A DNA stretch of 64,000 nt from Eledone cirrhosa (GCA_964016885.1 OZ024740.1:185442001-185506000); one strand, 5' to 3'. Shown: positions 1 to 14,636, counted from the first letter of the stretch. The notes: generated by a model not told the origin, from the sequence alone. Numbers and translations are program-made.

Positions 1-29
1 AGCTTTTATATATATTTAAGAAGTAACCT

Positions 30-270
30 TTTTTTTTATCAAAACAAGTTTTCAAAATGGAAAAAAAAAGATGAAAAGGACACACAGAAAGCAGGTTCAA
101 ACAACGAAAGAAAGGGAGATGGTGAGGGACAGTCACTACACACCCGTCTAAACGGTGTATCATCCGCGATCAAAGCGGCAAAACGTTACAACGAAGAATG
201 GCCAGAGGCACCCGCTGAAACAGCCACCACATCTTACCGGGCTCCCTCCTAAAGCGGGTCGCGCTCTTCT
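30..270 (-). repeat. Interspersed repeat, probably a LINE 3' UTR, homologous to 13125-13385
   Basis: Shared blocks caaacaac.aaagaaagg...cactaca and gaatgg(c/t)cagag(g/a)cacccgct...agccacc occur in both places; the minus strand is T-rich toward its end. Confidence 0.5.
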
Positions 271-284
271 GGACTTTACAGAGG

Positions 285-965
285 AAATCAGCAGTGCTGG
301 TACCACGGACATCAGAGATCCGACGGAGACCGGTGCAAAGAGTAAGCTGTTGTTCCGGCCTCAGTATTTAACTACCTTCCTGTCATCTGCACAGCGGGTA
401 GCGGGTCTCAAGTTTGTTGTGAAAGTAACATGGTTGGATTCAGAGGAGGAGACGCTTCACATCGCGTGCCAAATTAGGGATAAGAACACTCCTTCTGATG
501 ATGTTGCTTCGACGATGTCTGCATGTTTGGTCTCCAGCTACTCACTTACAGTTTTCGGGAGAATTGGAGAGCCAAGAATGCAGTCAGACGACGTACTTCG
601 AGTTCAGCCGAGCTCTGGTCAGCACAAGATCGATGCTGAGTACAGCGTCTTGGAATATGAATTTGCCGTAGCTCACATTGATGACCCCGGAATTTGACTG
701 GTTGATCTCCAGACCTAGATACAATAGGGTAGGAATTATCTGCTGCACGTTCTCAGCAAAGCGTTCAACTGAGCCTCTTAGAGTCGCGCTGTCGCAGTAC
801 CAGATATTGAAAAGCAAGCCGGCTCTGGGAGACCGCATCAACAGCCAGTGCAAAAAGGAGCCGGCCGAGTGGGTCCCTTTGCTGCAATAAGGTGACCCGA
901 CGCAATGACGTGCTCCCGCATAACGCCTTTGAAATCGTTAAGAATGTCCAGCTTCACTAGGAGCT
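285..965 (-). mobile_element. Degenerate reverse transcriptase fragment of a CRE-like non-LTR retrotransposon
   Basis: Minus strand reads KLDILNDF (motif A-like), LQQRDPLGRLLFALAVD (QQGDPLGPLLF-like motif B), WYCDSATL (WYLDDGTL-like motif C), GLEINQS and ILGSPI, with frameshifts and stops. Confidence 0.7.
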
Positions 966-1794
966 GAAGTGACGAAAGAGGTGTATGTTTTATGTCGTGT
1001 CTGAGCACATGAGCTCATACCTCACATTCACACTTTACTCCCTCACATTCACACTTTACTCCCACCCTGAGCTGACCACGTCCGATTATAGTGAAGCTAT
1101 ATCTATAGATCGCTAATCATTTTAATAAATGGAGAAATTATAAGAAGGCGTGGAATTGAAACGTCTATTATTAGATTTAAATTAGTGATTCTTTAACCTG
1201 AGTATATTATGAATATAATATATAACCTAGAAAGAATGGAGGAACAATTATTACAGCAATATTCAATGAAACGAAAATGTAGAATGTACAAGAGTAGGGA
1301 AATTTGGGAAACTTTCCAAACTTGAATATCATTCAATGAAAGAAAATAGTGTCTTTATTATACTGTTTAACGAGAGTTTACATAAAAATAGGCACGAAGG
1401 CTATACCAATTACGTCCAATCTTACTTCCTCAACATTTTAAAATAGACAATCTTTCGATAAATTGACTCTCAAGAATATCTTAACGCTAGAAAAGGAATT
1501 ATATCACACTAATGAGCGATATAAATGTGCGTTTGTGTGTATATAATTTCTAACACATCTATTTCTTGTTTTAAGCAAGAAAATATGTTTTTCAATAGTA
1601 CGTCACTCTAAATGTGTAACGTATTTGAGCAGAATCTTTAGTCTGCCAGCTATAACATTGTTATACACTTATCAACTTCATTTTCACAACGTTGGCTTCT
1701 TTCAAAATCATGCGTTCAATATTTTCAATATGTTGGACTGTTCAAATAATCATATATAGTAGTGAAACAGCTGTAATTACATACATAGGTACGT

Positions 1795-1980
<186 letters not shown>

Positions 1981-3456
1981 GCGGACTAATACATTCCCTC
2001 GCATATATTTGCATTTTTATAGTACACTCTATAATTTGAATTTTAGAATGCGTCACTATGGGAAATGGCTTCAGTTAATGCTATTTCTTTGATAACAATC
2101 GCGAGATATTATATGTATAGATTCCTTCTAATATTATTCGAAAGTTCGCTAGAAAAGAAAATTCTGCTGCAGGAGAAGGAATATAAATTAATATAATGTT
2201 CATTGTTTTCTCAAAGATTTGATCAAGAATCACAACCTCGATTCCCCTTTGTCACGCACTTCGTGGCAATACACAAAGAAAGTATTTAACAAATAGATAA
2301 TTCAAAACTGCTCAACTGAGCTAACGGAATATTCAACATGCGCAAACGAGGTTGTGAAGATTTCATTACAAGATTTATGCTAATAATATAGCACTGTTGC
2401 CATATGTAGGATATAAACTAAATTATATATTTCATCTGATTTTCGCCATGCATAACATCATATAGATTTTACCTCTATGTGTCGATGTTTATGAGTTATG
2501 TATTTCTAACCTGTACTCTGGTTGGAATTTGTGGGCTGATTTCCTAGCAAGTTGGGAAACCACATAGAACCTTCTCGCTGCCTTACTATTGGAAATATAA
2601 TAGTTTGTGTTAACGATTAAGATGTAAATAAATGTGTATGTTAATCAATCCGTTTACCATTTTTTTAAGGTCTCTTTCTTTTTAAAGCAATTATGCAATG
2701 ATTAATTTCAAGTTAGAAATATTGTTGATTACTTTGGAATGGGAATCCATATGATTAAATTATAAAACATTGGCTCTTATTTTATTTTATGCGACAGCAC
2801 AATAGTCTCTTTAATATGTGTATTTATATTAAATATATCAAATCTAAATTGGCAAGAACATTCATTTCATTTATTAGGATATATTTTCTTAAATATATAT
2901 CTAATCAAAAGCAGATTTGTATTCGCTGCAGATATGAAAATTGAATGTTAATTATCGTGCAGTTATGTAATTATTAAATCTTAATCATATTGTCAGTTAA
3001 TGAAATATTTCGCCTATTGTCTAATTGCTACAATTATACTTTTTGTACATATCAGTTATTTTTTACCTCTCCATTGCCGCCTTTCATCTAAATTAATATT
3101 CCTTGAATTAGATTTTATTCCAATTATCCATTTATAGTTTTGCTTTAAATGTTAAATTCAGAAACACAATTACCTCATGTTACTAAGCATATATCTTTCC
3201 AGGTTTCTTTCTTTTGTTTTCAATGGGATTTTCTAAATTCATCTAATGAGATAGATGTTAAGTCATTAATTTCTATCACTTCAGATAGATCTCTAAATAA
3301 TTCCTTTCATGTGGTTTCTTAAAATTTGTCTTGACGCCTAATCATAAAATAAAGTTTTTCATCAAAATTATTTAGATATTAAAATCAAATGCAAACGACT
3401 AAAAACAATAGATCTAAAGCAATTTAAAATTAACTCTTAAAATAAATTTGCAAGAT

Positions 3457-3670
3457 GGAGGAATGGCAAACTCATTAGAGCATAAGACAAAATGTGGTGT
3501 TTAGCTATTATTTTTATATATTTTGTTCAAACCGCACTGAGATCAATTTTATCTTTCGTCATTCAGATATCGATAACATAAACAACCAGCCACGTCCAGG
3601 AATCGATTTAATAAACTAATCACTCTCACATCATCGCTGACATTGTGCCTATGTTTGCAATTATTATTAA
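3457..3670 (+). mobile_element. Old, diverged copy of the tRNA-derived octopod SINE
   Basis: ggaggaatggcaaactcattagagc...ttcaaaccgcactgagatcaattttatctttc...gtgcctatgtttgcaattattatt aligns by eye with the younger copies at 7991 and 12670. Confidence 0.6.
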
Positions 3671-4444
3671 ATAAATTACCATATTTCAATAGAAACATTT
3701 ATTTTATAAGATTGCTAACTCCCAATTTCCACTACAAAATCTAAAATATTGTAAATAAATCACGTGTAATAGGAATAAGGAACATACAAATATTAAAACG
3801 ATGCGTGTTTTTATGTTTGTGTGTGTGTATATGTGTGTATGTGAATATGCATTAGAATGAAGTAAATATTATTGTCTTGCAAGTGTTCTGTACTTCTTCC
3901 ACGGTATATACAATATATGTATTATTTTTCAAACATTTCTATCGAAATCAAGTAAATATATATCGTACACAAGGTTTGCTATTCCAACGACTAGTAGATA
4001 ACATTTTTAATATTGGTTTATTTGCTCAATAAATCTTAAATAAAATATTGTTTTCTTTTTGGGTTACAATGCGTATCGCGTCATCACTCATAAAGTGCAT
4101 TATATACATATATACCTATATATGTATATGTATATGAGAACATTAACAAAGAAAAGACATAACAACGAACAAAATTAAAACAAAACGAAAAACAACCCTT
4201 TAAGGAGAGACCTTAAAACATTATTCTTTAAAAGTAATATAGAAACGGACACAGACATTCATGGTCATCGCTCGTTGAGATTGACCGAGGCACACTAACC
4301 CCACCAACGGCACCGCTGGTCATCTAAATATTTAGATGACCATTCGCTATGCGTTTTAAAGTAGTGACTATGTCACTTACTTAATCTCATGTTTCTCTTT
4401 CGTCTCTTACAGCTTTGGACTTCGTTTGGCTTGTGTCAGATTTA

Positions 4445-4499
<55 letters not shown>

Positions 4500-4545
4500 A
4501 AGTTAAATAAAAGTCAAATGATTAAAATTTAGCTTCGTTTATTAG

Positions 4546-4596
4546 TGCTATATATATTTCAGTGACAGCCATCTTTAGCTGTGACCTCTTCAGGCA
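4546..4596 (-). ncRNA. Minimal type-I hammerhead ribozyme motif
   Basis: Minus strand: ugc CUGAAGA ggucacagc-uaaagaug-gcugucacu GAAA uauaua UA gca, followed by AAUAAA. It sits in a ~240-bp unit between (TA)n tracts. Confidence 0.8.
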
Positions 4597-4776
4597 GTTT
4601 GAATTAGTATGGTATAGACAAGTACATATGTTGTTTAGGTGTATAATATTGTCAATACTCTGATATGCCCAGTTCCTTGTTGGGTTGTTAATTCACTGAG
4701 GAACTGGAGTCATACAACCAACATAAACTCAAAATATATATATATATATATATAAGGTATATATATAAGGTATATA

Positions 4777-4852
<76 letters not shown>

Positions 4853-4898
4853 AGGTATATATATAAGGTATATATATATATAAGGTATATATATAAGG

Positions 4899-4945
<47 letters not shown>

Positions 4946-4997
4946 AACATAAATAACAACAAAATCCGTATAATATATTGAAATAGCAGTAAGAGGG

Positions 4998-5037
4998 TCT
5001 TAACCTACCTTTCGGACGCTAGTCATTCATCAGAAGA
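4998..5037 (-). ncRNA. Degenerate minimal hammerhead motif
   Basis: Minus strand: ucuu CUGAUGA au-gac-uagc-guc-c GAAA gguagg UU aaga. Stem I is 4 bp; stems II and III are imperfect. Confidence 0.55.
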
Positions 5038-5314
5038 AAGAATGAGAAATTAGAAAGATTGAAGGAACTGGCAGGGTGGAATTGGAAAAAAAAATGTCTT
5101 AGAGAAGGTAACTAGCCCATTCGTGTTATTTATATATATATATATATACAAAATTAAATTAAGGGTTGTCATGTCAGAGAGACATGCGCCATATCCACTG
5201 CAGAATATGCTCAATGATTCCAATGAATAGATCCGAGCATTTTATATCAACTAGAATTAGATTGACATATATATAAAATAAACATATGGAACAATCACAT
5301 ATGTTCCATATGTT

Positions 5315-5371
<57 letters not shown>

Positions 5372-5487
5372 TAGTTGATATATATATCTATTATTAGAAG
5401 ATTTGGGAATCCTAAATACAGAAAGTAACAGTAAGCACATCTACAAAATCGTGTAAGATACGCCAATCATTGGAAAAGTGTTTTACA

Positions 5488-5559
5488 GCCACTGTGGAAA
5501 GTCGAACTCCATATCTCATAAATTCCGGTTGAGTGCTCTAACGACTAAGCTAAACGAGC
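5488..5559 (-). mobile_element. tRNA-derived SINE head or tRNA pseudogene
   Basis: Minus strand gctcgtttagcttagtcgttagagcac...ggagttcgactttcc has A-box and B-box, but the acceptor stem does not pair. Confidence 0.55.
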
Positions 5560-6699
5560 TATGACAACCGATTAATTGAATTAGATAACTACACCAAACA
5601 GCTTTGGAATAATCCAAATCGACTGTTGTTACGGTTATCTTTTGCGTTTGGGGTTACTACATTTCTAAGAATTTCAAAATTAAACAATCTTTCGATATAT
5701 TATATAGAATGTTTCTTACATGAAACGTTTGTTCAGGTTTGAAAATCACAGTACCAAATGGGTAAGGAAGCTTATATGTATGTATTTTTACTCTTCCCGT
5801 TTGTAAATATCCATATATACATCTATACTTGTCTATACTTCCTTTGAGATTTAAGTTCTTCGCAGAAATATGCCGGCCTCTACCAAAGTGTTAAGTGGGT
5901 TAGTTTGCTTTAAGGGAGTTCCACCATTTTTTTGTAAATGTGAATTATTGTGTGCATATATTAATGTTTATATGTGGTTATATATGCACTCGTATAGTGC
6001 GTATAATGCATGTGTCTCTGTTTATTCTACGAATCTCAAGTTGATATGTGTATGTATCTATATGTCTGTATTAAAGATTATATGGCCTACATCTATTGAC
6101 ATAATACTTAATATGAATGAAACCTAAATCATCATAAACACGTATGGAACCCTGTACACCACGTGGTTCGTTCAATTTCCTCGAAACATAATCAAACTGT
6201 CGTGTGAAGTAACTCATGATTCACATCAGCAAATGACAGTTACATAGTGCTATAATAACTCTGGCAGACAGCATATGTCGGAATGTACAGAAAACGTGTT
6301 GCTTGGAAATTCTTAATCACTGGCATTTTAAATATATTATCTATACTATAACATTCAAAGACGTCTGTAATGCATCAAATCTATCTAATTTAAGTGATGT
6401 AGTTATATTTTTATTTAGTGTTCACTTCCTTGATACGTCTTATATCTAATTACTAAATGTAAAGTATCTTCAAAACATCATAAAATGCAAAATCGCAAAA
6501 TAGTATATGCTTGAAATATATTTTTGACTTTATTATTGAACTACTTTGAAATAGGCAAAAACATAGGATATGGTCGATAAAACGAACAATTTTATAACAC
6601 CCTTCGGTAAATTGTTTGCTTTCCTTCTTCTGCGATCGATGGGGTTAGAATGTCGCAGGAAAGAATCGCTGGATAGATTTTACAGGCAAAACAAACTGG

Positions 6700-6885
6700 C
6701 AGAAAACTCAGAGGCAGATCCCAGTGCAAGATGGTTGGATAACATCCATAAGTTTTGCTGGTCATGCTTGAGCATCCAGCCAGATCAATTGTAGGCGGTT
6801 GCTTCTGACAGGACCTGCTGAAAGAAGTGTTTATGGACATTTACCCCATGACCCTCCCAGAAATACATGGGCGAAGAAGAAGACG
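6700..6885 (+). mobile_element. RTE-type LINE 3' end fragment
   Basis: PSARWLDNI resembles the RTE C-terminal RPxxRWxDxI motif; a short UTR and (GAA)n tail follow. Confidence 0.55.
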
Positions 6886-7937
6886 AATGCTTAATTTAGC
6901 AATCATACCTGTCTGATTAATTGCTTTTTTAAGTAAGGGTATAAAAAATGGTATTTCATTCACAATTTCTTCTACACAATGCAATTCTAGGCTCATTATG
7001 TGCACTCTATTCTCCGTTACTGCCTTCCTATTTCAATATTGTCAATCTGATAGATAATTCTCTATAAATAAAATTCTCTTAGTAGTACATACAACCCGAT
7101 ATATATTTAGGTCTACCTATCATCAAGCAATGTATCACGTTCCTAATTTAGAGGGATTGAGAACAGTCGAATCAAGCCCCATTGTGTTGTGCTAACGAGG
7201 GAATGTTTCAATAAAGTTATTTAACATCACCTATTTATAAAGTATCTTTAGGAATTGCAAGTTGGTCAGAACGTCCTAATTCAAATTACTTTATAATAGA
7301 CACATGTTTACCAATTCAAAAGAATGAAAATGAGCGTTATGAGGCAGGGGCTAATTAATACCAATCCTATTTCACAAGCAGCACTCGATTTCGTGTTGTT
7401 GCTAATGCACTTGAATAACATTGTATGAATGAACATTCAACATTCTAATTTGCCACACAAATCTAAAGAAGTTTGCCTTGTAGAAAATCAATATCCGGTA
7501 AATCTAGTCGTATAAGATTATTTAGAGCTGCTTGTGCTTGTATATAGATAACTGATCTTAAAATTAACGTTATACTTCATTCATTAGTTTTATTCATCTG
7601 TCTATCACATTCGTTCCTTGAGATTCCATCTACACATCACACCGTTCAGGAATATGTGGAACATAGGAACATGCTGGTTGTTGCATATTGGTAGGTACCG
7701 TTGATAGAAACTGCCTTAAGGAGGATTATTTTTACGGGTTTTCGTGCACGTAGTATCTCTCTAAATTCCCATTTGATATATATATATATATTAAATTGAA
7801 TGCAGGTTATTCCGGCTTTTCGCGAGCTAATTAACTGAGAGGTATGCACTTTTGCGGAAAGCAAATTTAATTTTTCGTGTATATTGCCAATGGGAGTATA
7901 TAAGCTCCACATAACAAGCACTAGCAAATCATTATTA

Positions 7938-8171
7938 GTAATGCACTGGGTAATTACTGGCCTTGTGCCTAAAGTAGAAACAATTATTAGTGGCAGTATC
8001 GGCAGAGGGTCGGATTCCATGCTTTCCAGCATAGTTACGTCCCTTAAAGATCTGAGTTCAAATCCCGCTGAGGTTGACTTTGCCTTTCATCCTTACGGGA
8101 TCGATAAAATAAAGTACCAGTAATGCAATATTAATTGCTGGCCTTGTGCCAAAAAGTAGAAACATTTATTA
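7938..8171 (+). mobile_element. tRNA-derived SINE: a 3' fragment followed by a near-complete copy
   Basis: ctgagttcaaatcccgctgaggttgactttgcctttcatccttacggg...gataaaataaagtaccag...ggccttgtgcc...gtagaaac recurs many times in the window. Confidence 0.85.
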
Positions 8172-8454
8172 GAAAAACATATTTTCTCTCTATCGTAAAA
8201 CAGATATGATCTGCACTCCATAATACCCATGTTATTCAAGAGGGTCGTGTAAAGGATGAACTTAATTAACTACGAAGGAGTAAGACCTTTGGTTCTCATT
8301 TCCTTAGTTAAGTTTATGTTCCTCTTTCTACAAACTGTTATATGGAATATTAGTTTCATGTCAAAAGAAATGTATTTGCACGTGTTAATTTCTAAATAAA
8401 TTATTTTCGAAACGCTTTCATGTTAATCATAACGAATTTATTTTCAAATATACT

Positions 8455-8695
8455 GGAGGTGCGTGGCCTAATTTTAAGGGTGTTGGATTTACGTTCATAA
8501 TGTCATGTGTTCGATTTTGTGACTAGGTTGTTTCGCGTTGCCCTAGTATATTCAGCTGAAAAGGCGTACCCGAAATAGCGGGGGTTTAACTCTGCGATCT
8601 GTCCAGAGGAATACCTGCATTCTCAGTTTCTTAACATCATGGAAACCGGGATAGGCACCGACGTGATGAGTCGCCGGGATCGAGATATACTTTAT
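8455..8695 (+). mobile_element. Second tRNA-derived SINE family, diverged copy
   Basis: Head ggaggtgcgtggccta...gttcgat and tail ctgcgat...ggaaaccggg are homologous to the 39222-39690 copy. Confidence 0.6.
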
Positions 8696-10219
8696 AATTG
8701 TTAGTAGTATGTATTGGAATGCATGGTTTTCCTATTCTGCCATGTAAACACGCGACCAAATTTGATTGCATTTAGAAAACCAATTGTAATTATCAATCCT
8801 TCGATTAATGCTATCGAGTAGTATTTATACTAACGAACTCTGTGCGGGCCGTGACTATGTTACCTTTTATAAGTATAAACTTCATAACTTATTCAATTTT
8901 CAATATGTATAATAAAACATGATTACATATTCTATTAACTTGATCTGTGGATATTAATTTGAGCCCAATAGATGATATAAATCTTTCAGCCTTTTCCTAT
9001 AACAGAATCCGGTTACAATCAATTAATAGTATACAAAATCAGCGTCAGAGCTAAAACATTTGGTGTACTAAAATACATCTGTATGTTTAAACTGTTTGTG
9101 AAATATAACACAGAATGTTATATCCAGTGTTCTCGACAGTAAAATATGGTTTTCGAAGTGATAGTGGTTTTATTAGAATATATGTTTGTGTAACCATGTG
9201 TGAATTAATAGTAAATGTGTATGTTCCTATGAGCTTCATTTTCACACTGAATCGCGTCAGTGACGTTGAGTAGTTTCTGACAAAGATTAATAATTCATTC
9301 ACAGTCTGCAATACGTTTGATAGCATAACTGGCCGTGGTGTTCTGAGAACTTGGATTATATCACCATACATAGACTAAATATATATGAATTATACAAATA
9401 AATATATTTTGATATATATTTTCCAATTTTGATCTGATATAATCATTTAAATAAAAATATTATATGCTAGCAGGGAAATTTTGATATTTTAGATAAATAT
9501 GATTATAACGGTTTTCATCACCATGGTAATAATAGTAAAAATAATGGTGTTTTAACTTTTCACTCACAATAATATTACTTCCCAACCTTTAGACAAATCC
9601 ACTAGCTAAACGTTAATCAGTGTGAGGAAGGTGTATGGTAGGAAATGAAAACTTGAGATCATGTATTCAGATAAAAATTATGAACGAACATAAAGCATGA
9701 TGAAAGACAATATATAAGTTTCAGATACATAGATCTATTATACAATAGTAGGTATGGAGCATCTTCATATAACGATGTTCATAGAATGTATATGTATCTA
9801 GAATTCCAAGTAATATTAAATTAATGTATGCTTTATTTCTTCATTTTTTCAATACGTTGGAAAATATCGAAATGATGGTATATATCTTTTATGAACCCCG
9901 AAAACATATTTTGTATTTGTTATAACTTTTGTTGAATGATTATCTGTTAGGAATAAGAGAGAAAGAAGAGCCAAGTTCATGTGATAAATCAATAGTTATG
10001 CTACGGAGAATTGAAATAATTTAATATATCACAACATCAAGTGCAATATTCGAATCGTGTATTAAGGTCTGGGATAATTAATGTGGTGAGCACGACGACA
10101 TTAATTGATTGAAATTATACATGTACCATGGTAAGGTAAACATTTTTGAACAACTCTTAACTTAACCAAACAAGACTAATGATACAATAATTCTAAGTCA
10201 ACATCAGGCAAACCTGAGA

Positions 10220-10540
10220 ATCTTCATCCTTATTATGGTTCCTTAATCCATATCGGGGTCATTGGGATACTGTAGTTGCTGACCACTGCACCAAACGCCT
10301 CAATTGTTTGCGATCATAGGCGATTGATTCGATTGTGGCAAGGTTCTTCCATGTCCACTCTGCTATGTTGTTAATCCATCCTCTGTCTGCGATATCTTCT
10401 CTTCCACCGCAGTGTTCCATGGTGAATCGTTTTAGAGTGTCTGTCGGATCTTTTCACATACCCAAACCACCTCAACTTTCTCTTCACCGTGATCAGCAGA
10501 TCTTCAAAGTGACGCATGTGCTGGGGGATACTTCTTCCTG
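10220..10540 (-). mobile_element. RTE-type LINE 3' fragment
   Basis: ORF 10371-10607 contains LLITVKRKLRWFGYVKRS...KTIHHGTL..KRRYRRQR, the typical RTE C-terminus. Confidence 0.8.
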
Positions 10541-11444
10541 ATCTCCTCGTTTGTGACATACGTTTAGTATATAGAATAAAGTATTCAGATATAAATATGG
10601 TATGCATTTGAAATATATTAAATATGATGTCAATGCATAATTTATAATAAATGAATCATTACATAATGATACACAATGAATGAAACACACACATAATAAT
10701 ACGTAACTTCAAAATATGCTGCGTATGTAAATGACTGCGTGTGTAAATAACTATTCGTGTATGTGAATTTATGATTGCCGTGTCATTCCTAAGCACACGC
10801 ATACAAATGCACTTAAGCAAATATTTTCCACACACATCCAGTATAATGGTGTAGACTACAACTGTAAATAGTTTCTATACATATATAAGTATAAACAAAT
10901 GGACAGCTTTTTAATATTGATGGTCTGACAAAGGAAGACAAAAGAGAAAGTGTCAGGGATAATAATTTATAAGGAATTTTGTGGCAGTTTCCCTAAGATC
11001 TGGATTATACATATTACAGAATAAAGACTACAAAAAAAATTGCTGCCTCAAAAGAACTTTTATTTTAGTCATGGTTTTTCCTATACTTATAACTACATTT
11101 CTAAAACTTTTTTAGCTAGTATTTCCATTTATTTTCGAAACATAAATCTTTACTGATTTAATCTATTTTATTCTAGATGTCGAACTTCAAATTTTCTTAA
11201 AACATTACTTAAAGATCGATTTCTGCTTCAGGACATTTCTCCGTTTTTTTTTTTCATTAATGCAAACACTGTTTTTGCGTGAATTATGATCGCATTCTCT
11301 ATTTCTCGATACTTTATTATTATATATTCATCAGTTCAAAATCCCGCATATTTATTGTTGATATTTCGATATTTATCAAATATAACCTCTTTTATCAGAT
11401 GATGGATATCGATCTTCGATATGAACTAAATACACGTAGACCAA

Positions 11445-11483
<39 letters not shown>

Positions 11484-11486
<3 letters not shown>

Positions 11487-11579
11487 TGTGTCCAAATATG
11501 TATGCACACTTCAACACCAATCTAATAAATATTGCCTGTACAGGTAATCAATGTGTGTATATATTTTTTGGGGACACTA
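11484..11579. mobile_element. ~96-bp Tc1/mariner-like MITE
   Basis: Imperfect TIRs cagtgtgtccaaatatgtatgcacac ... gtgtgtatatattttttggggacacta, inserted in (TA)n. Confidence 0.55.
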
Positions 11580-12529
11580 TATATATATATATATATATTA
11601 TACCGTGATGAAATTCGGATTCTACTCTCTGTGTATGCAAGTATGGATGTGTACAGGCCTTACATATTAGGGGATTCCGCTCACGATCAGAAGATTGTAG
11701 GATACATTGCGGCACATAGTGTCTTTGAGCAACACACTCTATTTCATGATTCTGCAGTCCACCCAGCTGGTATAAATGAGTTCTAGGTATAACTAAAATG
11801 GTTGAATTGATGACACACTGTACCACGTTGAATCCTTCTGCGAATTACATCTTTGAAAAAGGCTCAGCGACTAGTACGTACATTTTCCGAGTTTGCTCGT
11901 ACACTTGTCATGGAACCGACGCAGATGTAACAAACACACACAAATATATGCATGTTAATATTTCTACTAACTTGCCGCTCGCTTTGCTTTCATTTCTCTA
12001 CTTTCCTATATGGTTTTCTGAACTGCCCACGCTATTTCTCCAGTTTCTCCTTAACTTTGTATTTGTGTTTTGTTTTTCTTTAACTAAGATTTGCATGTGT
12101 ATTGTTTGTGTTTTTACATTGACACAAACCTGAAAGGTTAGTAGAAGGGAGCAGGCAATTATATCAACAATTACATGTCTTGTAATTATTTCATCGACTC
12201 TGAAATGTATGTCTCTCTCTATCTCACCCTATCTCTCTCTCTACATCTCTATCTATATATCTCGCTCTCCCTCTTCCAACCTCCCATTCCTTGTTTCTGT
12301 TTTTCTCACACTACATATCTCTCCATAACATATTCTTTCAGTTAATCATAACTATTGATCTATAGTCTTTGTTTGTATATTTATAGCGTCTGTAGGACGA
12401 AGTAAACACCCAGGTTAATATTCAGAAGTCTCTTATATTCACATGTATTGCCATTTCGGTTGTGTATTGCAATTCTCTTTAGCTTTCCATTTCATCAGTT
12501 TCTCTGTAACTTAAAATTAGTTTTCGTCT

Positions 12530-12977
12530 TAATAATGGGTTCTGATTTAGGCACAAGTCCAACAATTTGCGAGGGAGGTCCATTACATCGACTCCAGTGA
12601 TATACTTTATTTTATCGACCCCTTAAGGATGAAAGGCAAAACTAACCTCGGCGAGTCTTAATAATTTAATAATAATTGTTTCTACCTTTGGCACAAGGCC
12701 AGCAATTACCCAGTACATTACTGGTACTTTATTTTATCAACCCCATAAGGATGAAAGGCAAAGTTAACTTCGGCGGGATTTGAACTCAGAATGGTAAGGG
12801 CCGTAACTATATCCGTCAAAGCATTGCGCCCAACTCTCTACCGATACTGCCAATCCACCGCCCTTATATTTAATAATAATTGTTTCTACTTTAGGCACAA
12901 GGCCAGAAATTATCCAGTGCATTACTGGTACTTTATTTTATCGACACGGTAAGGATGAAAGGCAAAGTTAACCTCAT
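12530..12977 (-). mobile_element. Three tandem copies of the tRNA-derived SINE (about 12530-12655, 12670-12863, 12870-12977)
   Basis: Repeated ggcacaagg...ttttatcga...aaggatgaaaggcaaa...aac; the middle copy is full length with head ggcggtggattggcagtatcggtagag. Confidence 0.9.
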
Positions 12978-13124
12978 GCCATGGACAAACTTTCCCCGCA
13001 TACAATATCGTCTACTGTCAAACACTACTGAGATCAGCTGACAGTAGTAATATATGAGTAAGAATCCAGTTTGCTCCTGGCCAGTTTGATGTAGGAAGTT
13101 CTTTCACAGATGATCAGCTTGTGG

Positions 13125-13385
13125 GCTTTTTTCACGAATGTTTCATTTATTTTACAAACTGTTTATACAAATACAAAACACACTATTAAAGGGAAGAAGA
13201 AAAGAAAAATATGAAAGGAAAATAAAAAAATAAAAAAAAAGAATCAAACAACAAAAGAAAGGAAGAGGGAGAGGAACATACACTACATCCCTGTCATGCA
13301 CCACGGAAAAATGGCAAAGAGAGAATGGTCAGAGACACCCGCTACAATAGCCACCTCACGGGACTCCTTCCTCAAGCATGTGGTC
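13125..13385 (-). repeat. Interspersed repeat, probably a LINE 3' UTR, homologous to 30-270
   Basis: Shares the blocks listed for 30-270. Confidence 0.5.
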
Positions 13386-14338
13386 TTAATTATGTTTTCA
13401 TGAGGATGGATATAGAAGGGTGGGATGTGCTGGGCAGGCTGTCATAGTATCAGCCTTCACGTAATCAAAGGGAGCGACAAAGCTCACAAAAACAATAGCG
13501 ATGACAGCAACCATCAATCATGAGGAAAACTACTACCACGAGGAAAACAAAAACTGCGTTAATATTTCCTCTTCACACTAGCCTAGTTATCCTCTCTCCA
13601 ATATTGTCCAAGTTGACTGCTACGACTCAACACTACCAACAACGACCATGACGAGAGCGACAAAACAATACCAATTTTTTCCTCGATCAGTGGGTGTTTC
13701 AGAGTGGTGATGGAAACGGCCTCGGACAGTACAGGGTTAGTTTTAAAAGCAGGGTTTGGGTGGAATTGTATCCGTTTTACTGTCTTTAATACAAAGAGAT
13801 GCGTTAAAATATCATGTAAGATAAGAAATTAAGAGAGGGTGTATAAAGAAACAAAATCGGTTTCTGTAACAATCAACATCATGAAGATATGAAAAAAAAG
13901 CCCACCCGCACATTCCTTACATTGTTAAAACAGCTTTTACACTTGATCTCTGCTCCGTATATAAATAGGTAATTCAGATGTTTACACTTCCAGAAAGAGA
14001 AATATTTTGATTCTACCATACACGCCTGATGAGTAGATAGGTACTAGATTCAGCTCAATGAAAAACTGCGAGGCACATGTAACATTCGATGATGATTAAA
14101 ACATTTTAAATTGAAACTACGTTCTCTCTCTCTCTCTCAGTCACACACATACACATAGACACACGCACATACACACACATACACCACACACACCACACAC
14201 ACATATATATATATAATAATGATACTATTTATAGTTATGTATATACTATAAACAACTATAAACAGGAAAGGTCAGTCATTTATTACTACCTTATTACCAG
14301 TAAGATAAATAGCTCATCAGGTGTTCTACAGAGCAGGA

Positions 14339-14636
14339 ATATAAATTATACAATTATCAAAGTTATGTTCAAATCATTTTATTGCTGACAATCGTTTATT
14401 CCAAACGTTCGTTTGGAGACATATAATTAACCTCCTATTCAACTGAACAATCATATAGATATATACATTGATGTTTTCACAACATCAATGTATATGTATC
14501 TATATGATTGTTCAGTTGAATAGGAGGTTAATTATATGTACAAACATTGGTAATGCTCCGATGACACCAAACGGAAGTTTGGAAGAAACGATTGTCAGCA
14601 ATAAAATGATTTGAACATAACTTAGATAATTGTATA

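Noticed and set aside
155-697. 180-aa + strand ORF
   Set aside because: It is antisense to the CRE-like RT relic and UTR repeat, with no recognisable domain.
4317-4343. Perfect 26-bp palindrome tggtcatctaaatatttagatgacca
   Set aside because: Single occurrence with no supporting context; probably a repair or insertion scar.
5488-5559. Functional tRNA gene
   Set aside because: It has A and B boxes, but the acceptor and anticodon stems do not pair; SINE-like.
14023-14075. CTGATGAG...GAAA hammerhead-like string; similar weak ones at 18279-18321(-), 28250 and 28785
   Set aside because: Stems or the GAAA/UH elements are too decayed to call, though they may be older relics.
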